64,000 nucleotides of DNA from an uncultured delta proteobacterium (GTDB taxonomy: Bacteria > Myxococcota_A > Polyangia > Polyangiales > Polyangiaceae): the NCBI GenBank assembly GCA_963806225.1, contig CAWDXG010000004.1:4544001-4608000 (forward strand). Reading direction: 5' to 3'. This document shows positions 60,075-64,000 of the stretch, one piece after another. The position numbers and the translations under genes were made by a program. The notes under the pieces are model-generated. The model saw only the letters and a program-made list of their open reading frames with translations, ran no database searches and had not been told where the DNA came from. Position 1 is the stretch's first letter. Each line of letters opens with the position of its first letter.

Positions 60075-61961
60075 ATGACCGTCTTCAAGCCGCCCGCGCC
60101 GGGGGTGCGGGCACGTCTGTTCGCTCTCGCACTGCTTGTTGCATTCGCACTGGTTGCAGGCCTCGCCACGGCCGACCCGCCATCCGCCGCGCCTGCCCCC
60201 TCGGGCTCGGCGGCGCCGCCCGCGGCCGGCAGCGCGACGCCTTCCGCCGACCAGGGGCTCGAACAGAAGAAACAACAGGCCAAGGAGCACTTCCTCAAGG
60301 GCCTGGAGTTCGTACAGAACGAGAACTGGGATGCCGCGCTCGCGGAGTTTCTGGCTTCGCGCGATCTGTACCCGACGCGCGTGGCGCTCGAAAATGCCGG
60401 GATCTGTCTGCGCCAGCTCAAGCGCTACGCAGAGGCGCTCGACATGTACAAGGAGCTCCTGCAGAAGTTCGGCAAGTCGCTTCCTCCGGACAAGCTCAAG
60501 ATGGCAAAGAACGCCATCACGCAGCTCCAGGGCGACGTGGGGCGGATCTCCGTCAGCGCCGATCAGCCGGAAAGCAACGTGATCGTCGACGGGCAGGAGC
60601 GGGGCAAGACCCCGCTCTCGAAGCCGATCGTTGTCAACGCGGGCACGCACACGGTGCGTGTTTCCAAGGAGGGGTACGAGACCTACGAGAAGCAGGTGCT
60701 CGTGGCGGGCCGGCAGACGAAGTCGGTCGCTGCTCGCCTGACGCCGCTGCGCGCCACCGGCACGTTGACGGTCAAGGAAGCGGCGGGGCAGAAGCTCGAC
60801 GTGGTGGTCGACGGGGCGGTGGTGGGCAAGACGCCGTGGTCGGGCGCGCTCGCCGTGGGGACGCATACGGTGTTCCTGCGCGGCGATGGCGACGTGGGAA
60901 CGCCGCCGAGTTCGGCTGTTCTGAAGCAGAACAAGGCCACAGCGCTCACGCTGCGTGCGGTCAAGCTCGATGCGTCGATCCGCATCGAGCCCACGCCGTC
61001 CAACGCCGAGGTCGACATCGACGGGGTGAGTGTTGGAAACGGCATCTGGGAGGGGCGTCTGACCAGCGGCCGGCATCGTATCGAGATCGCAGCCGAAGGC
61101 TTCATCCCGTACCGTCGCAATGTCGACGTGCGGGCGAGCGAGCGCGAAGTGCAGCGCGTCTCGCTCGATCGGGATCTGTCGAACCCGATGTGGAAGGCGG
61201 GCTTCGTACCGCACATCTACGTCGAGCTCGTGGGTGGAGCGGCCTGGGCGCCGGGCCTGGGCGGCGACGCCGACAAGAGCTGCTCGAAGGATTCGAACTG
61301 CAGTCGCTCGGCCCCGCTCGGCTTCCTCGCTGGTGCGCGCGGCGGCTACGAGGTCACGAAAGGGCTCGGTCTCGAGCTGTTCCTGGGCGCCATCTACATG
61401 AAGGAGAAGAGCACGCGCCGGGTCGTGGCGAAGGGCGAATACGGTTCGTGGACCTCGGACGCGGCCCAGGACACGACGCAGTTCTTCGGTCCTGCCGCCG
61501 CCGTCTCGGCGAGCTACAGCTTCTTCGACAAGACGCCGCTCACGTTCAGGATCTGGGCGGGCGTGGCGCGGGTGAAAGCGACCTTCACTAACAGCGGCCG
61601 CTACACGGGAACCGCCAGGGATCCGGGCGGCAACGACGTCCAGGCGAGCACCGACCTCGAGGTTCCGGAACAGACTCCCCGGCTGTGGATGCCGTTCGGC
61701 GGCCCCGAGGTGCGTATCGGCTACCGTTTCAACAAGCACCTGTCCGTGGATCTGGGAGCCGCGCTTCTCCTGATGTTCCCGCCGGACACGCCGCGGACGG
61801 GCATCACAGGTCTCGGGAGCAGCGGCGATCGCTGGATAGCGCCGCCGGTCACGCAGAACGGGCAGACGGTCAACGTAGGGCTCTTGAAACTTCCGCGGGA
61901 GAATGGCTTCGGTACCTATTTCGCAATTACTCCGACGCTCGCCGGGCGTTTCGACTTCTGA
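60075..61961 (+). CDS. TPR plus PEGA-repeat protein with a C-terminal beta-barrel-like region
   Basis: Signal peptide; AKEHFLKG..WDAALAEF TPR; three V.[VI]DG..G....G.H PEGA units; ends LAGRFDF. Start is 60075 or 60027. Confidence 0.85.
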   Translation: MTVFKPPAPGVRARLFALALLVAFALVAGLATADPPSAAPAPSGSAAPPAAGSATPSADQGLEQKKQQAKEHFLKGLEFVQNENWDAALAEFLASRDLYPTRVALENAGICLRQLKRYAEALDMYKELLQKFGKSLPPDKLKMAKNAITQLQGDVGRISVSADQPESNVIVDGQERGKTPLSKPIVVNAGTHTVRVSKEGYETYEKQVLVAGRQTKSVAARLTPLRATGTLTVKEAAGQKLDVVVDGAVVGKTPWSGALAVGTHTVFLRGDGDVGTPPSSAVLKQNKATALTLRAVKLDASIRIEPTPSNAEVDIDGVSVGNGIWEGRLTSGRHRIEIAAEGFIPYRRNVDVRASEREVQRVSLDRDLSNPMWKAGFVPHIYVELVGGAAWAPGLGGDADKSCSKDSNCSRSAPLGFLAGARGGYEVTKGLGLELFLGAIYMKEKSTRRVVAKGEYGSWTSDAAQDTTQFFGPAAAVSASYSFFDKTPLTFRIWAGVARVKATFTNSGRYTGTARDPGGNDVQASTDLEVPEQTPRLWMPFGGPEVRIGYRFNKHLSVDLGAALLLMFPPDTPRTGITGLGSSGDRWIAPPVTQNGQTVNVGLLKLPRENGFGTYFAITPTLAGRFDF

Positions 61962-62084
61962 AGCCAGGGCGGTTCGGCCGTCCCCGGCAGCGTCGCCCCC
62001 GCACTGTGCCGCGCGCGCAACACGTGGCGTCCAGCAGGTACGCGGGATGGGCGCTTCTGCGCTCGTTGCCCTGGGATTGTCGCG

Positions 62085-62099
62085 CGGCACGCGCGTTGC
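62085..62099 (+). promoter_or_regulatory. Candidate sigma-54 promoter
   Basis: CGGCACG-cgcg-TTGC, 17 nt before ATG 62116. Confidence 0.55.
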
Positions 62100-62115
62100 A
62101 CAGCCAGAGCGCGCA

Positions 62116-62931
62116 ATGCAGACAACACTACGTCGCGTAGCTCCTTTCGCAGTTCTCATCCTTGTCGCCGGCACAGGCTGCACCACGCTCGGGCCGGTGC
62201 CCGGCATGACCGCCGTGAACGCGGTGCCAGCGCCGGGTGCGGACGTAGAAGCCCAGGTGGGGATCGTGCCCGGCTACTATCTCAGTGACGCGGTACAGGA
62301 GAAGGACAACGGTGCGACGGGTCAGGTCGCCGGCATGATCGAACCCAACGAGCTCATCCACGTGCCGGGGCTGGGTGCCGGTGCCCGATGGGTCGACGGG
62401 GGAGGGAACGACGGCTACCTGGAACCGATGCTCCGCTACCGGCACTGGCTGGGCGCGGAACATCGCCTGGCGCTCGCCGTCGTCGGCTACGGAACGCACG
62501 CGTCGAGCTCCGACAGCGGAGCTTCGTACAGCATGACGCATACGGGCGGCGAGGTCGCGTTCGATGGCCGCCTCACGCCGACCAGCAACTGGATCGAGCT
62601 GCACGTGCAGGCGGGTGGGTCGGTGTCGGGCGTGTTCGCCTCCGGTGGCTACTGCAGGGGCTCCGACGGCTGGGCCACGGACTGTCCGGACGGCGGCACG
62701 GCGGACACCTCCGCAAAGGTCGACGGCGCTTTCCCGGCGTTCTTCGGGGGAGCCAGCCTCGACTTCGCGCGACATCTGGGCGCCTTGCATGGCGCGCGTG
62801 TCGCCTTCTACGGGGCGGCAGGCCAGATGCCGGAGATCCGCTACGGACAACCGGGGAGCCGGCGCGCCTGGGCCGGTGGTGGCGTCTCGCTGACGCTGGC
62901 TGTTGGAGCGGCGAAAAAGAACGCGAACTAG
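62116..62931 (+). CDS. Hypothetical lipoprotein, beta-strand rich
   Basis: Lipobox GTGC; amphipathic strands. Confidence 0.65.
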   Translation: MQTTLRRVAPFAVLILVAGTGCTTLGPVPGMTAVNAVPAPGADVEAQVGIVPGYYLSDAVQEKDNGATGQVAGMIEPNELIHVPGLGAGARWVDGGGNDGYLEPMLRYRHWLGAEHRLALAVVGYGTHASSSDSGASYSMTHTGGEVAFDGRLTPTSNWIELHVQAGGSVSGVFASGGYCRGSDGWATDCPDGGTADTSAKVDGAFPAFFGGASLDFARHLGALHGARVAFYGAAGQMPEIRYGQPGSRRAWAGGGVSLTLAVGAAKKNAN

Positions 62932-62936
62932 CTCGA

Positions 62937-63773
62937 TCAAGCAGTCGCGCGCACCAGCCAGCTCGCGGTCTCGAGCTTCACGCCCTCGGGCGTGTCGTGC
63001 GGCTGGAAGGCGCGGCGCAGCGCGGCGTCGACCTCGGGGCGCGTGGCAGGGGCGGACTCGGCGAGCAGCGAGGCGATCATCCCGATCGACTGGACGAACT
63101 CGACGGCGTTGTCGAGGCCAGGCATGCCGCCGATGGTGACAGGCCGTTCCTGGCTCTCGACCTCGATGTCGCTGAAGCCGGCCTCGGCGAGCAGCCCAAA
63201 GAGCCGATCGCGGTCGCCCAGCGCGAAGGGGCCCGGTGCGCCGGGCGCCGGCGCTGGCGGAACATCGATGAAGCTTGCGACCGCCTCGAACGGGACCCGC
63301 AGCCAGTCGTTCTTCTTCATCCCCTGCCAGCAGATGAAGCCGAGCCGCGCTCCCCGGCGCATCGAGCGGCGCACGTTCGAGAAAGCGGCAGCCGGGTCCT
63401 CGAAGAACATCACCCCGAAGCGCGAGAAAACGCGATCGAAGGCCTGTTCGGGCAGCGCATGGGTCTGCGCGTCCGCCACCACGAAGCGGATGTTCCCTGC
63501 GCCGCGCTCGCGGGCACGCTCTTCCGCGTGCGCCAACATGGGGCGTGCGATGTCGATGCCGGTGACGTGGCCCTCCGGACCCACGCGCTCGGCGAGCTCA
63601 AGCGTGGTCTGTGCACAGCCGCAGCCCACATCGAGCACCGCCTCGCCCTTCTCCACCTCATCGAGCAGCGGCTTGGCCAGCGGCGCGATTTGCGCATCCA
63701 GGCGCGGCTGCACGCGCACCCAACGTGGCCCGGACTGCTCGTTCCAGTGGCGGATCATCTCCTCGTTCGGCAT
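62937..63773 (-). CDS. Class I SAM-dependent methyltransferase
   Basis: [31 protein letters not shown]. Confidence 0.93.
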   Translation of the reverse strand: MPNEEMIRHWNEQSGPRWVRVQPRLDAQIAPLAKPLLDEVEKGEAVLDVGCGCAQTTLELAERVGPEGHVTGIDIARPMLAHAEERARERGAGNIRFVVADAQTHALPEQAFDRVFSRFGVMFFEDPAAAFSNVRRSMRRGARLGFICWQGMKKNDWLRVPFEAVASFIDVPPAPAPGAPGPFALGDRDRLFGLLAEAGFSDIEVESQERPVTIGGMPGLDNAVEFVQSIGMIASLLAESAPATRPEVDAALRRAFQPHDTPEGVKLETASWLVRATA

Positions 63774-63814
63774 GGTGCCGGAAGCTAGCACGCCGCCGCG
63801 CGTGCGCCGCCGCG

Positions 63815-64000
63815 CTACCAGGGGATCGGTTCGGAATCGCGGAAGAAGCCGCCACTCGGTCCGTCGGGAGGCAACGTGGCGGCCCATACAATGCCACTGG
63901 CGCCTTCGTCGACGCCGCGGCTCGCGCTCTTGCCGCCCATGTCGGTGCGCACCCAGCCGGGACACACGGCGTTGACGCGGATATCGCGGCCCGCGAGTTC
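63815..64000 (-). CDS. SDR family oxidoreductase (carbonyl reductase-like), 3' end only
   Basis: My own translation: [53 protein letters not shown]. Confidence 0.9.
   Translation of the reverse strand, partial: ELAGRDIRVNAVCPGWVRTDMGGKSASRGVDEGASGIVWAATLPPDGPSGGFFRDSEPIPW

Noticed and set aside
59791..61591. Apparent 1045-aa kinase fusion
   Set aside because: Frameshift artefact overlapping the TPR-PEGA gene out of frame.

Overview
A gene-dense, very GC-rich chromosomal window. MYXO-CTERM proteins, a DUF2378/TIGR02265-like protein, PEGA-linked Ser/Thr kinases and Cys-rich lipoproteins with Gly-rich 'DAG' linkers point to a myxobacterium, probably Polyangiales-like (inference). It holds about 55 CDS: housekeeping genes (pntAB, tex, ettA, thioredoxin, a TIGR03960/TIGR03936-type radical SAM fusion) mixed with many exported proteins. 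I saw no rRNA, tRNA, CRISPR array or transposase. Five genes carry single-base frameshifts that look like sequencing or assembly errors. The best candidate for an undescribed system is 40450-44930. There a GAF/sigma-54 enhancer-binding protein sits divergent from an orphan HicB-like gene and two lipoproteins built from ComEA-like helix-hairpin-helix repeats. One lipoprotein ends in a NuiA nuclease-inhibitor domain and the other in a proprotein-convertase P domain. Both transcription units have a -24/-12 promoter and share an AT-rich TTG(C/A)A-N4-TGCAA upstream element. Other highlights are a TetR-radical SAM-duplicated membrane protein operon, a TMTC-like GT-C glycosyltransferase, a tetraheme cytochrome operon, an HRN pseudokinase and a window-wide pattern of apparently leaderless promoters. 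All family assignments come from motif recognition by eye; no database search was run.
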